Source of the DNA: a virus
IMG/VR virus record: IMGVR_UViG_3300028840_005080
Span: 1 to 64,000 of that record
Reading direction: 5' to 3' (one strand)
DNA: 64,000 nucleotides
Both the position numbers and the translations under genes were made by a program. The notes beneath the pieces were generated by a model, which was given only the letters and a program-made list of their open reading frames with translations, made no database searches and was not told the origin of the DNA. Positions 18,272 to 27,764 of the stretch are shown in pieces (position 1 is the stretch's first letter; every line of letters starts with the position of its first letter).

Positions 18272-19651
18272 TTAAATAAAATTAGGCAATACCATTTTAA
18301 AAATCGGATTATACAGAGTTTCTGTTTTTTTTGTTTTATCCAAATTTTTACTCGTTATATCTTTTGTGTTTTCAATGATTTTATTAAACATTTCAATAGT
18401 TTGTTCTTCTTTTCTTTTAATATTTTCTAAAACGCAAGATTCTTGATCGGATATAACAATAAAAGAATTTACATCTTTCTTTTGTCCAAATCTCCATATC
18501 CTTCTTTCAGCCTGATATAGCTCCTCCCATGAATCAGAAAGACCTACAAAAATCTGATTATTGCAATGTTTTTGAAAATTCAACCCATATCCGAATATTG
18601 ACGGTTTTGATACAAGTCTTTTAATTTGTCCTTTTTGAAAAGCTATGGCGGTTTCCTCTTTATGTCTGTCGCTATGTCTTCCGGCAACCTCAACAGCATC
18701 AAGTTCTTTTGCAAGTTCTGTTCCTTCAGCATTCAACCCGCACCATATGAGCCAGTTTTCATCAGGATTTTCGTCTATTATTCTTTTTGCTTCAATCGTT
18801 CTTTCTTTTATGGTGTTCCTTCTTGCTTTTCTTCTCTCATTCAAAGCCTTTTTCCCCGTAGTATAAAATCCGTCTTTTGTCCAATCGTGTTTTGTTTTTA
18901 CAACAACAAACTCTTTATTTAACTTTGGCAAAACAAATCTTTTGTCATCGTATCCCAAATCCGATGGCAATTGCATCATAATCATCCAAGAGGAAAGCCA
19001 TTGCCAAAATTTTTCATCTTTCGCATATCCTCGTAGTCTCCATTTTGAAACATCGCCTCCGTCATGAACGAAAAACATTGAAAGCATTTCTTTCAATTTC
19101 ATAACACCAAGCGCTTCAGCATGGTTGCCTATTTCTGTATAATCATTAGGACAAGGGGTAGCCGAACACATCAATTTATATTGAGTCCCAGTTAATTGTT
19201 TGGTAAACCAATTCCTTGTTTTGCTCGTCGAATGCTTTAAAATGCCTGATTCATCAAGAACAATTTGTGGAAATGCTGAAAAATCAAACTTCTCCATTTT
19301 TTCATAATTTGTAATATTTATACCTTTTTTCGCATCTTTCATATCGTTACAAATATTTGCTTTCGGATAACCGAATTTTTCAGCCTCTCTTGCAGTTTGT
19401 TTCGATACAGCCAATGGAGCAAAAATCAGCCCAGGTTTGTTTGTATTTTCTATACATTGCTGTATCCATTCAAGTTGGCACGGGGTTTTACCAAGCCCAG
19501 GAGCAAAAGCCAATGTACTCCTGCCCTTTCGAATAGCCCATTTAACGGAATCCCTTTGAAAATCATATAACTTATCATTTGTTTTTTTTGGTTCAAACCC
19601 GGATGGCTTATCAAAATAACTTTTCGTTTCAAGAAATTCATTATATTTCAT
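18272..19651 (-). CDS. SF2 (SNF2-like) helicase of the methyltransferase-associated type
   Basis: PGLGKT, LDES, SATP, GYGLNFQ and QAERRIWRFGQ motifs. Confidence 0.9.
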   Translation of the reverse strand: MKYNEFLETKSYFDKPSGFEPKKTNDKLYDFQRDSVKWAIRKGRSTLAFAPGLGKTPCQLEWIQQCIENTNKPGLIFAPLAVSKQTAREAEKFGYPKANICNDMKDAKKGINITNYEKMEKFDFSAFPQIVLDESGILKHSTSKTRNWFTKQLTGTQYKLMCSATPCPNDYTEIGNHAEALGVMKLKEMLSMFFVHDGGDVSKWRLRGYAKDEKFWQWLSSWMIMMQLPSDLGYDDKRFVLPKLNKEFVVVKTKHDWTKDGFYTTGKKALNERRKARRNTIKERTIEAKRIIDENPDENWLIWCGLNAEGTELAKELDAVEVAGRHSDRHKEETAIAFQKGQIKRLVSKPSIFGYGLNFQKHCNNQIFVGLSDSWEELYQAERRIWRFGQKKDVNSFIVISDQESCVLENIKRKEEQTIEMFNKIIENTKDITSKNLDKTKKTETLYNPIFKMVLPNFI

Positions 19652-19676
19652 TTTCTCTCCTTTTTTATATTATTTT

Positions 19677-19970
19677 TTAACCATCTTTTTCATCACAAAA
19701 CGCTTTGCATACTTTGCAAACCTCAGAATTGGTTTCATCAACTTTTATAAAAACATGTGGTGGTATTTTGTGACTCATCATAATACTATCAGGCCAGCGA
19801 CAAATCGGCTTAAATGCACTATATTGTTTTCTTGTAACATTCCAAATACATCTTCTGTATTTTGGTATCGCCATTTTTTTATTCCTCATCATTATTCGTA
19901 AAATTTTGCTCGTATAAAGATTCCACATAAGCAATAACCGGAGATAGCGAAATTTTATAACCATTTTCAA
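19677..19970 (-). CDS. Hypothetical Cys-containing protein (real start probably MAIPK)
   Basis: ORF with CKVCK; the upstream part overlaps the neighbouring gene. Confidence 0.4.
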   Translation of the reverse strand: MKMVIKFRYLRLLLMWNLYTSKILRIMMRNKKMAIPKYRRCIWNVTRKQYSAFKPICRWPDSIMMSHKIPPHVFIKVDETNSEVCKVCKAFCDEKDG

Positions 19971-20496
19971 TATCGTCTCTCCAAATCGAATCTATTAGCT
20001 CAAAATCGTGACCTTTTTCCATATAATTCTTAGCGATGCCATTAAGCGCATATTCTATATTTGTTTCCACATCTATAACTGTCATGGCTCTTGTACTACC
20101 ATAACATTTCAAAATAACTTTTTCTATTACAAATGGCCAATTTTTAAATATCTGATCATCAATACAAATTTCTTTTTCTTTTGTTTCTCGCTTCTTTAAT
20201 TCCGTATACAACCAATCCGCCATTTTCGTTGTAAATCTTATATTTCTTTCTTTTGCGATTTTTTCCATATCTTCAACAACTTTTTGAGAATCCTGACATT
20301 GATCCACCAAGCTATATAATTTTATAATTTTTACAGCATCAGGATCAATATGACTTACTCCACAATGTATACACTGCCAGTTATTTGTGTCAGGATAATA
20401 ATTCCAATTTATTTTTGATTCAACCGTCTTACATACCGGACATTTTTTGTGTGTCCCGTTTCTCAATCCTTCTTTTTCTTTTTCATTTTTTTTCAT
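19879..20496 (-). CDS. Zn-ribbon plus YebY/DUF2511-like domain protein
   Basis: CPVC...CIHC; WPF...LKC...YALNG...IDSIWRDD...ISLSPVI. Confidence 0.6.
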   Translation of the reverse strand: MKKNEKEKEGLRNGTHKKCPVCKTVESKINWNYYPDTNNWQCIHCGVSHIDPDAVKIIKLYSLVDQCQDSQKVVEDMEKIAKERNIRFTTKMADWLYTELKKRETKEKEICIDDQIFKNWPFVIEKVILKCYGSTRAMTVIDVETNIEYALNGIAKNYMEKGHDFELIDSIWRDDIENGYKISLSPVIAYVESLYEQNFTNNDEE

Positions 20497-20505
20497 TTAA
20501 TCCTC

Positions 20506-21111
20506 CTATATCTCCGTTATATAACTAATCCCGTTTTCTTGTCTAACCTCAAAAACTTTGTCCGCAATATCTTTCAAATCCTCATGATGTGTTACCAAGA
20601 TTATCTGAACACCCATTTTTTCAGAAATTGATTTTAACATTGCAAAAGTTTTCAAAATCATTTCTCCGCCAAGATTGCATTTTATAGGTTCATCCAATAT
20701 AAAAATATTACGTGTTCTATTTGGCATTAATTGCCACAAAACTATCCTCATGGCAATTGAGATAATTGGGATAAGACCTCCGCCTTTCTCTGTTTTTAAA
20801 TCGTATTCAAATTTTCCCTCCTTTATTGTTGGTCTGCATTCTATTTTACTCCTCTTTCTCTCCAAAATCAACTTAAATCTGAAATTTTTATCATAAACAT
20901 CCTGAAGAGCCATTGTTACCAATTTTTCAACAGTTTCTGTAAATTTTGTTTGTGTTTTCGCAGCGACTTCTTGAAATATAAGCAAAACATCTTTTTCCTC
21001 TTTAATATTACGTTTTAATCTTTTTTTGCTTTTGTTCACATTTTTTAACTCTTTTCTATAAAAATCCCGTTCTGTTTTATATTTCAGATAATTTTGTTTA
21101 AAATCGGACAT
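20506..21111 (-). CDS. sbcC: SbcC/Rad50 ABC ATPase, C-terminal half
   Basis: Coiled coil, signature-like KGGG, Walker B ILDEP and H-loop LVTH; no Walker A. Confidence 0.85.
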   Translation of the reverse strand: MSDFKQNYLKYKTERDFYRKELKNVNKSKKRLKRNIKEEKDVLLIFQEVAAKTQTKFTETVEKLVTMALQDVYDKNFRFKLILERKRSKIECRPTIKEGKFEYDLKTEKGGGLIPIISIAMRIVLWQLMPNRTRNIFILDEPIKCNLGGEMILKTFAMLKSISEKMGVQIILVTHHEDLKDIADKVFEVRQENGISYITEI

Positions 21112-21355
21112 TTATCTCTCTATCAATTTCGTGTGCTTTTGCTATTTTCGCATTTCTTTTTTTTACAAATTTTTCTTTTTTTAATTTTATTTCTGATATC
21201 ACACTTTCAATATCGTTTATCGAAACATCGAACTTTTCTAATTCATATATTAATTTCGCTATGTTTTTTTCAATCATTGCAATATTTATTTTAATTTTTT
21301 CTATATCTGCTCTGTCATCATTTTGCATTTTTATCGCTCCCGCAAATGCAATCAC
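21098..21355 (-). CDS. Small coiled-coil protein
   Basis: Heptad pattern; lies between sbcD and the C-terminal sbcC half. Confidence 0.5.
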   Translation of the reverse strand: MIAFAGAIKMQNDDRADIEKIKINIAMIEKNIAKLIYELEKFDVSINDIESVISEIKLKKEKFVKKRNAKIAKAHEIDREINVRF

Positions 21356-21441
21356 TATTCATCAATATGATTTTTATTGCGCATTTTATAGTATGGCCTT
21401 CGTTAATCAACTTTTTTATCATCAAAATGTTTTGTTCGCTT

Positions 21442-22374
21442 TTAGTCCTCGGAGTTCTCATTCATCTTTTTCCATTCATTTATAAAGTCATTCCATCCGT
21501 CTATTTTGCCGGATTCGCTTTTTTTTATTGTGTTATCTATAACTTTTAAAACTCTTTTTTTTATTTTCATTTTTTTTATCAAGTCAATTAAATTTTTCAC
21601 AACATCTATTCCGGAACAACTTATATTTTTTGCGGAAATAGAAAAATCAATATCCGTTCTGTCCTCAATTTCTGTAAACATATCGATCGCTTTTTCACTT
21701 GATTCATGTGGTATTTCGATCCATTCTAATTGTGTTTTATCAAAGTCAAAAACCCAAAATCCGGGAGAATGATCATACAAATCTCGTTTTGTTCTATTCA
21801 TGCATCCAGAATTTACTATATATCTACCACCATAATCACTATAAAACTTCTTATGCATATCTCCGCAAACAATCAAATCAAATTTGTTTTCTACTAAAAA
21901 TTTATGAGCATCTGTATAAATATGACCCGGATACAGCTCTTCATCCCTAATCGGAGCGTGAATTACCAAAATATTCTTCGTGTTTTGACTTGGTTTTGGT
22001 AATTCTGCTCCATAAGGGCATCCTTTAATGACAATATTTTCAAATTCTATATCATTTCCACCCCCGCAATAATTTATATATCCGGTTTTTGACAGGATAT
22101 CAAAATTGTTATACATCAAATTTCTATTGTACATATCGTGTTGTCCTGGGACTGATATTATTTGCGGCATATTCATTTCAAATAATCTGACAAGCAAAAA
22201 ATATGACCTTGGTTTATCAAAAAAATCTCCGGCTTGCAATATTCTGCAATTATTTTTTTTCGCATAATCAAATATAAAACTTAACTTTTTAAATTGTTCC
22301 TCAACCAGATTGTCTTTTCGACATCCCGGATTCTTTTCGATTAAATGGATATCCGACAAACAAACAAATTTCAT
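21442..22374 (-). CDS. sbcD: SbcD/Mre11 metallophosphoesterase nuclease
   Basis: SDIH, AGDFFD, GQHD, GDMH and NSG motifs. Confidence 0.9.
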   Translation of the reverse strand: MKFVCLSDIHLIEKNPGCRKDNLVEEQFKKLSFIFDYAKKNNCRILQAGDFFDKPRSYFLLVRLFEMNMPQIISVPGQHDMYNRNLMYNNFDILSKTGYINYCGGGNDIEFENIVIKGCPYGAELPKPSQNTKNILVIHAPIRDEELYPGHIYTDAHKFLVENKFDLIVCGDMHKKFYSDYGGRYIVNSGCMNRTKRDLYDHSPGFWVFDFDKTQLEWIEIPHESSEKAIDMFTEIEDRTDIDFSISAKNISCSGIDVVKNLIDLIKKMKIKKRVLKVIDNTIKKSESGKIDGWNDFINEWKKMNENSED

Positions 22375-23348
22375 AATAAAATTTTTTCTATCAAATCGCC
22401 ATTAATATCAGAATCGCAAACAGGACATTTTTTTAATTGTATTAGTTTTTTCTTATAACTCAATATTTTTGATTCTAATTCTTTTTTTGATTCATGTAAT
22501 TTACAAATATTTTTTTTATATTCCGCGCACTTTTCTAAAATATAGTCCAGCTCTTCTATGTCATAATCGTATTTTTTTATTTCTTCGATATTCTGAGCTG
22601 CAAATTTTAATCTACCCTTGTATTTTTCTAACTCCGATTGATTTTTATTATATTCTTCAAGCAACAAAAGTTTCTTGTCACATTGTGTTATTTTTTTCGT
22701 TATTTTTTCAATCTCTTCGATTATTATTTCGAATTCATCAAGTCTTTTATATCTTTTCAGTTTTTCTTCAAGGTTTTTTGATTTTGCATCAATATGTCTT
22801 AACTCCCGTCTATTTTCATTTATTTCCGAATTTAAACTTGATATCCATTGATCTATCAAATCAATATCTATTATTTTGTTTATTTCTTTTCCTATGTTTC
22901 CAGGGGAATCAAGAACAAGATAATGATGATCGTGTTGTTTTTGAAAATTAATCTGTCCTATATTGATTGAGTTTTCTACCAGATCGGGGATTGTTATACC
23001 AAATGACTCAAATTTCTGAATATCGTTTAAAATATATCTCCCAAGCCTTACTTTTTTCTTTGTTTTTCCTTTGCTTATGCGTTTTTCAAGTTTTACTTTG
23101 CAATCATTGAAAATAGCTTCAACGACTGTTTTTCCTTTGTCTCCCATAAAATTCGGGAAATATTTGCATCCGGGAAAATCGTTATTTACAAGCATACTCA
23201 GAGCGCGTAATACCGCACTCTTTCCTTTGTCTGATTCGCCAACAATCACATTCAGGCCTTCGGAAAAATCAAGACATGTATGTTTATGAGATTGAAAATT
23301 TTTTATTTTTAGCGTTTTTAACATTCTTATAAAAAATCTTTCGGGCAT
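22371..23348 (-). CDS. sbcC: SbcC/Rad50 ABC ATPase, N-terminal half ending in the zinc hook
   Basis: IKNFQSH, Walker A GESDKGKS, Q-loop FQKQ, coiled coil, terminal CPVC. Confidence 0.88.
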   Translation of the reverse strand: MPERFFIRMLKTLKIKNFQSHKHTCLDFSEGLNVIVGESDKGKSAVLRALSMLVNNDFPGCKYFPNFMGDKGKTVVEAIFNDCKVKLEKRISKGKTKKKVRLGRYILNDIQKFESFGITIPDLVENSINIGQINFQKQHDHHYLVLDSPGNIGKEINKIIDIDLIDQWISSLNSEINENRRELRHIDAKSKNLEEKLKRYKRLDEFEIIIEEIEKITKKITQCDKKLLLLEEYNKNQSELEKYKGRLKFAAQNIEEIKKYDYDIEELDYILEKCAEYKKNICKLHESKKELESKILSYKKKLIQLKKCPVCDSDINGDLIEKILL

Positions 23349-23391
23349 GGATCAAAATAATAATCAACAAATTCACACTCGTCTGAATTAA

Positions 23392-23916
23392 TTATTTATA
23401 TTTTTGTCCGTAAAACTCTGGTTCAATGTTGTATTTGTTAAATAATATTGAAATTCTTTTTGTCATATTCCCATTATATTTCGGCAATTTATATTTGCCA
23501 TCATTAGCTTTTTTTAATTTATTATATGATGATTTTTTTAATTTTCTTTTTTTAGGTTTTTCGGAAGGATGCAATATTTGCACATGTTCTTCTCTTAAAT
23601 ATATTGCAACATTCTCCAAAAACATCGGTATTTCATATAATTTCACACTATATCTTTTAGCGTTGTTCTCAATTTTTCCAAGATATGCATTACAATCTGA
23701 ACATAAAACCCCTCTTATGAATCCACTACCTCCTAATTTTTTCCTATGCTCATGATCGAGGCTTGGTCTTATAATTTGCTTCTTACACAATGGACATATC
23801 CCGTTTTGTTTTTTTAATAATTTTTCTCTGAATTGCCTTATTTCTGAAAATTTCAAATATTTATTCATTTTATTTCGATTTTTTTTCTTGCAAAAATTCA
23901 AAAGGATCAATGTCAA
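23392..23916 (-). CDS. Recombination endonuclease VII (Holliday junction resolvase)
   Basis: CPLC...LDHEH...IRGVLCSDCN. Confidence 0.9.
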   Translation of the reverse strand: MTLILLNFCKKKNRNKMNKYLKFSEIRQFREKLLKKQNGICPLCKKQIIRPSLDHEHRKKLGGSGFIRGVLCSDCNAYLGKIENNAKRYSVKLYEIPMFLENVAIYLREEHVQILHPSEKPKKRKLKKSSYNKLKKANDGKYKLPKYNGNMTKRISILFNKYNIEPEFYGQKYK

Positions 23917-24097
23917 AAATTGAACACATTCTAATAAAAGATATAATTGATTTGTGATGTCTATTATTTTTTTTAATCCTCAGCATATCAACAAAATCAT
24001 CATAATCCGAGCCACACATTTCTGCAAGTTCTTTATATTTGTATCTTCGTTTTTTTATTATTTTTCTAATTTTTTCAATATCAAGAAAAACTTCCAT
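23870..24097 (-). CDS. Small XRE-like HTH protein
   Basis: YKELAEMCG...IRMCSIFDIDP. Confidence 0.55.
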   Translation of the reverse strand: MEVFLDIEKIRKIIKKRRYKYKELAEMCGSDYDDFVDMLRIKKNNRHHKSIISFIRMCSIFDIDPFEFLQEKKSK

Positions 24098-25010
24098 TGC
24101 AAAAATTTTCCCATCTTATTAATTCGTTTTTACTCAAATTATATCCATAATATTTAAATAATCCGTCAAAATCGCCAATATCAAAACTCGTTTCAAAATA
24201 TTCAAGTTCTTTTATTTTTTCTTTGCCAAAAGCATAAGGCAGTTTGATAAGCCTGTAATTCCTTTTGTGGATCGTTTTGTCTTTCAATATAGTTTTATAC
24301 GCTTTGATTTTTTTGTTTAACTCACCTTTCAAAAATTTCAACGCTGTTTTCTCTCCGACATTTTCAGATCCTTTTATATTATCAGAACTATCCCCCGCGA
24401 TCGTTTTAATTTTTATGACATCTAACGGATAATATCCATACTTTGCAAAAAATTTTCTTTTATTATAAATCACGTTCGCACTAAGACAATATCTTTTTGT
24501 AGTGTTATTTATAAGTTGCGACAGATCCGAATCAGATGAAATTATTATTTTATTTTCATCAGAATAAATATTACAAAATTCGGCAATAAGATCATCCGAT
24601 TCGTATCCATCTTGAATAAAAAAATTGAATCCCAATTGCTGAATTATTTCTTTCAATTCTTTTATCCATTTGTAAGCCACCATCAATCTCTTTTTTTCTT
24701 CTTTGTTTTTTGGTTTTCTATTTGCTTTATATTCGGAATAAACTTCTTTTCTGTATGATTTTTTTGAATCAAAAAAGAAAACAAAACTGTTCGTTTTGAA
24801 AAATTCGGCAAAATTCAAAATACGATTCATAAATCCATAAACAATGTCTTTCCCACTTTCCTCAATATCCATCTCTCTCGATAATGAATTAAAAGTAATC
24901 ATTGCCAAATTGTTACTATCAATAAGGATGTGTTTACTCAAAACGCCTCTTTCTAACCTTTGTTTCTGTTTTGATGCTTTCAACAAATTCAAGCCATCTT
25001 TTCCCGACAA
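24081..25010 (-). CDS. 5'-3' exonuclease / flap endonuclease
   Basis: LIDSNN, FFFD, YKANR, YESDDLIA, SSDSDL, GDSSDNIKG and VGEKTA motifs. Confidence 0.92.
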   Translation of the reverse strand: MSGKDGLNLLKASKQKQRLERGVLSKHILIDSNNLAMITFNSLSREMDIEESGKDIVYGFMNRILNFAEFFKTNSFVFFFDSKKSYRKEVYSEYKANRKPKNKEEKKRLMVAYKWIKELKEIIQQLGFNFFIQDGYESDDLIAEFCNIYSDENKIIISSDSDLSQLINNTTKRYCLSANVIYNKRKFFAKYGYYPLDVIKIKTIAGDSSDNIKGSENVGEKTALKFLKGELNKKIKAYKTILKDKTIHKRNYRLIKLPYAFGKEKIKELEYFETSFDIGDFDGLFKYYGYNLSKNELIRWENFCNGSFS

Positions 25011-26106
25011 TTTTTTTTAATTCTGTTTCCAAATTATTTTTTTCAATAAACTCAATAATTGTTCCGCTTTCTCTGTCATCGCTTTTTTTTCTTGATTCAA
25101 TAGGAAACGCTTCATTGTCGAAATCTGTAAGAACATAATGTTTCGGATTCTTATATCCTTGTTTATCGTATTCCGGCCAGAATTTTCTTTCGATAAGCCA
25201 ATTAATATTCGCACGAACATCATCTATTCCATAATCCGCATAAAATGGGATCTTGCTTGTTTTCCAACCAAATCCGGTACTTTTTGTTCGATGGATATTT
25301 ATAGTCATGTATCCGCCGATTTGACACAATTTTTTATTATCTTCTTTATAATTTATGTCTCCGGCATTATGAACCCAAAATCTTTGTTGAGACATAAAAT
25401 CTATTGCGCCTATCTGGCTTTTTTTATATGGCCGAAACACGCTATCTTTCCCAAAATTTTTCATTTCGTGAAAAATAAGAATTAACAAAGAATTAGTTTC
25501 TTTCAACCCACTCGCTATCGTAGTCAAAAATTGCGTTGTGTATTTTGCCTTTTCCGTTTTATAACTTTGCTCGCCTTCCTTTCTTTCCAAATCTTCCTTT
25601 ACCTTAAATGCGTCAAACGAATCCAAAACGGCTACAAATGGTTGCTTATCTTCGGACATCTTTTTAATTTCTTCAGCGACCAATTCAAGTCTCGGAGGAT
25701 AAGGAACTGGCTCAACATCCCCTATTTTATCATATGTTTTTTGACCGAACATTTTTTTTACATCAAAGCCAAAGCCGTTTTCGGATTCATAATATTTTAA
25801 TTTGTAGTTATCGAATTCCGGATTATTCGCGCAACAAGCCATGCAAGTCCCGGCCAACAAAGATTTTCCAGTGTTGCTTCCGCCAGCAAAATTTATTATC
25901 GTGCCTTTCTTATATCCGCCTTGCCAATGATCAGATAAAGCGAGATTTAAAATCGTAACTCCTGTATCTATAAAATCGCTTGGTTCTTGTTTTTTGCCTT
26001 TTGTTTCTGATTTAACATATTTTTCTATTTGTTCGGTTATTTTTTTTTGTCTGCCCATTATGTTTTTTGCTTTCGTTTCAAAAAAAATTATTTTCCCGCC
26101 CACCAT
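24934..26106 (-). CDS. RecA/UvsX-like recombinase
   Basis: IDTG...LNLALS...GG, Walker A GGSNTGKS, Walker B VLDS, YGIDD. Confidence 0.85.
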   Translation of the reverse strand: MVGGKIIFFETKAKNIMGRQKKITEQIEKYVKSETKGKKQEPSDFIDTGVTILNLALSDHWQGGYKKGTIINFAGGSNTGKSLLAGTCMACCANNPEFDNYKLKYYESENGFGFDVKKMFGQKTYDKIGDVEPVPYPPRLELVAEEIKKMSEDKQPFVAVLDSFDAFKVKEDLERKEGEQSYKTEKAKYTTQFLTTIASGLKETNSLLILIFHEMKNFGKDSVFRPYKKSQIGAIDFMSQQRFWVHNAGDINYKEDNKKLCQIGGYMTINIHRTKSTGFGWKTSKIPFYADYGIDDVRANINWLIERKFWPEYDKQGYKNPKHYVLTDFDNEAFPIESRKKSDDRESGTIIEFIEKNNLETELKKIVGKRWLEFVESIKTETKVRKRRFE

Positions 26107-26121
26107 CCCGTAAAAAAATAA

Positions 26122-27270
26122 TCAAGCATCAACTATGTCGTCTATCGCATCCCAAAGTTGATCTTTACCCATCCCCTCTGGTTTTTTGATGCTTGAAAGA
26201 ACAGAGTATTTTTCAACAACTTTTAGCAATTCTTCTTTCGACATTTCATCAAGATCAAGTTTTTTAAGTTCTACAATCTGGCTTTCATTATCATCAGAAT
26301 CATCACTATTTTCTTTATCTTCATCCCAAGGCATTTCTTTATCTGATTTTACTTCAATTGTTTCATGCTCTTCCTGATTATAATCTTCATCCGCACTTTC
26401 CGGATCATCATTTTGAAATTCAACATTATCACCTTCGTAAAATTCGATAAACTTTTGTTCTGTGGCTGCCCAATCAACTTTATCATTATTCCAAACAAAA
26501 TTAGCCGTAACCAAATCCTCAATTATATAAGCCTTGGCCATATATTCCTCAACCGAATAATCCCGTTTTTTTAAAGCAACATTTGACATCTTTCCCCATG
26601 CTTCTTCATAATCAAGCTGGGTAAAAGAAATTATTCTCCCTTGCTCTTCCCAATCCCAATAAAGAATCAATCCGGTTTCATCATCATATCTGTCAGTATC
26701 AGGATCTTCTGCGACATCGTCAATTTGTTCCGCCCATCCCTTGTATTGCTCTTTTACGCTATAAGCAACCCTCCACAATTGCGATCCTTTTTCTTTTTCT
26801 TCATCATCCGAAATAACAAGCACATTCCAAGCAATTCTGTGTTTTGGCCGAATAGGTTTAATTCTTTCTTGGTTTTTTTCATAATCAAGATATAATCCGT
26901 TTTTATCATTATAAAGTTCATCGCAGGCTTTACAATATTTCCCATAAGTTTGTTTCAGACACAGCATGCTGTCTTTTCCGGATGTGCCAACATTTCTATG
27001 AATCACATGTCTAAAACAAAACGTCGGATCTCCTGACGATGTTCCGAAAAGATTTTTATTAATAACGCTTGGATATCTTCCAGTAAAATAAGGAACAATA
27101 ACGCATTGATGTTTTTGTTTTTGAGCTTTTGGTTTCCATTCATTGAACTTCCCGCCGAAAACCATATCTACATAATCATATATGCTTTCACCGTTTTTCT
27201 GCGCCTGTCTTTTTACGCTATACTGATTTTTTATTTTGTTTTTAAATTTTCGCATTTCGCTTCTTTTCAT
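26122..27270 (-). CDS. gp32-like single-stranded DNA-binding protein
   Basis: H...C...CxxC Zn motif (HRNVG...CL...CKAC), acidic C-terminal tail, position beside recA. Confidence 0.7.
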   Translation of the reverse strand: MKRSEMRKFKNKIKNQYSVKRQAQKNGESIYDYVDMVFGGKFNEWKPKAQKQKHQCVIVPYFTGRYPSVINKNLFGTSSGDPTFCFRHVIHRNVGTSGKDSMLCLKQTYGKYCKACDELYNDKNGLYLDYEKNQERIKPIRPKHRIAWNVLVISDDEEKEKGSQLWRVAYSVKEQYKGWAEQIDDVAEDPDTDRYDDETGLILYWDWEEQGRIISFTQLDYEEAWGKMSNVALKKRDYSVEEYMAKAYIIEDLVTANFVWNNDKVDWAATEQKFIEFYEGDNVEFQNDDPESADEDYNQEEHETIEVKSDKEMPWDEDKENSDDSDDNESQIVELKKLDLDEMSKEELLKVVEKYSVLSSIKKPEGMGKDQLWDAIDDIVDA

Positions 27271-27764
27271 TTAATTAATCCTTTCTGTTTTTGTTTCATT
27301 AATGGAAAAACTCGTTTTAACTCATAAATATTAAATGTATCTCTCCTGTGCCAAATAACCGTATCATAAGCATGTTTCAGTATTTTTTCGTCTTTTCTAG
27401 CTTTTGCATATCGATCATTTGCTTTTTTATATTCTTCTCCGTATTCTTTTAGTGTTTTGCAATATTCTGGATTTACCAAAATAACACTTTCTATTACATC
27501 TTTTGTAGGCTTACATTCAATTCCGTATTTTCTGGGATATTTTGTTATATCAATCCATAATTTAGCTCTAATTTTTTTTATAGAATCATCTTTTTTTGAT
27601 ATATATAAATCACCCTCTGCCTTTTGTAATTCTTCAACTGCCAATGCATATTCGCGATTATAATAATCACAAATATTTACATGTCTGTCCCATTCGCCGG
27701 CCAAATCGAATTTATCAAGATTTGCATCCTTTTCATAATCTCTTTCCATTATTCTTCCTCGCAT
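27267..27764 (-). CDS. UvsY-like recombination mediator
   Basis: Helical protein with KYG..KPT...IES.I...PEY; lies between dnaX and ssb. Confidence 0.55.
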   Translation of the reverse strand: MRGRIMERDYEKDANLDKFDLAGEWDRHVNICDYYNREYALAVEELQKAEGDLYISKKDDSIKKIRAKLWIDITKYPRKYGIECKPTKDVIESVILVNPEYCKTLKEYGEEYKKANDRYAKARKDEKILKHAYDTVIWHRRDTFNIYELKRVFPLMKQKQKGLIK

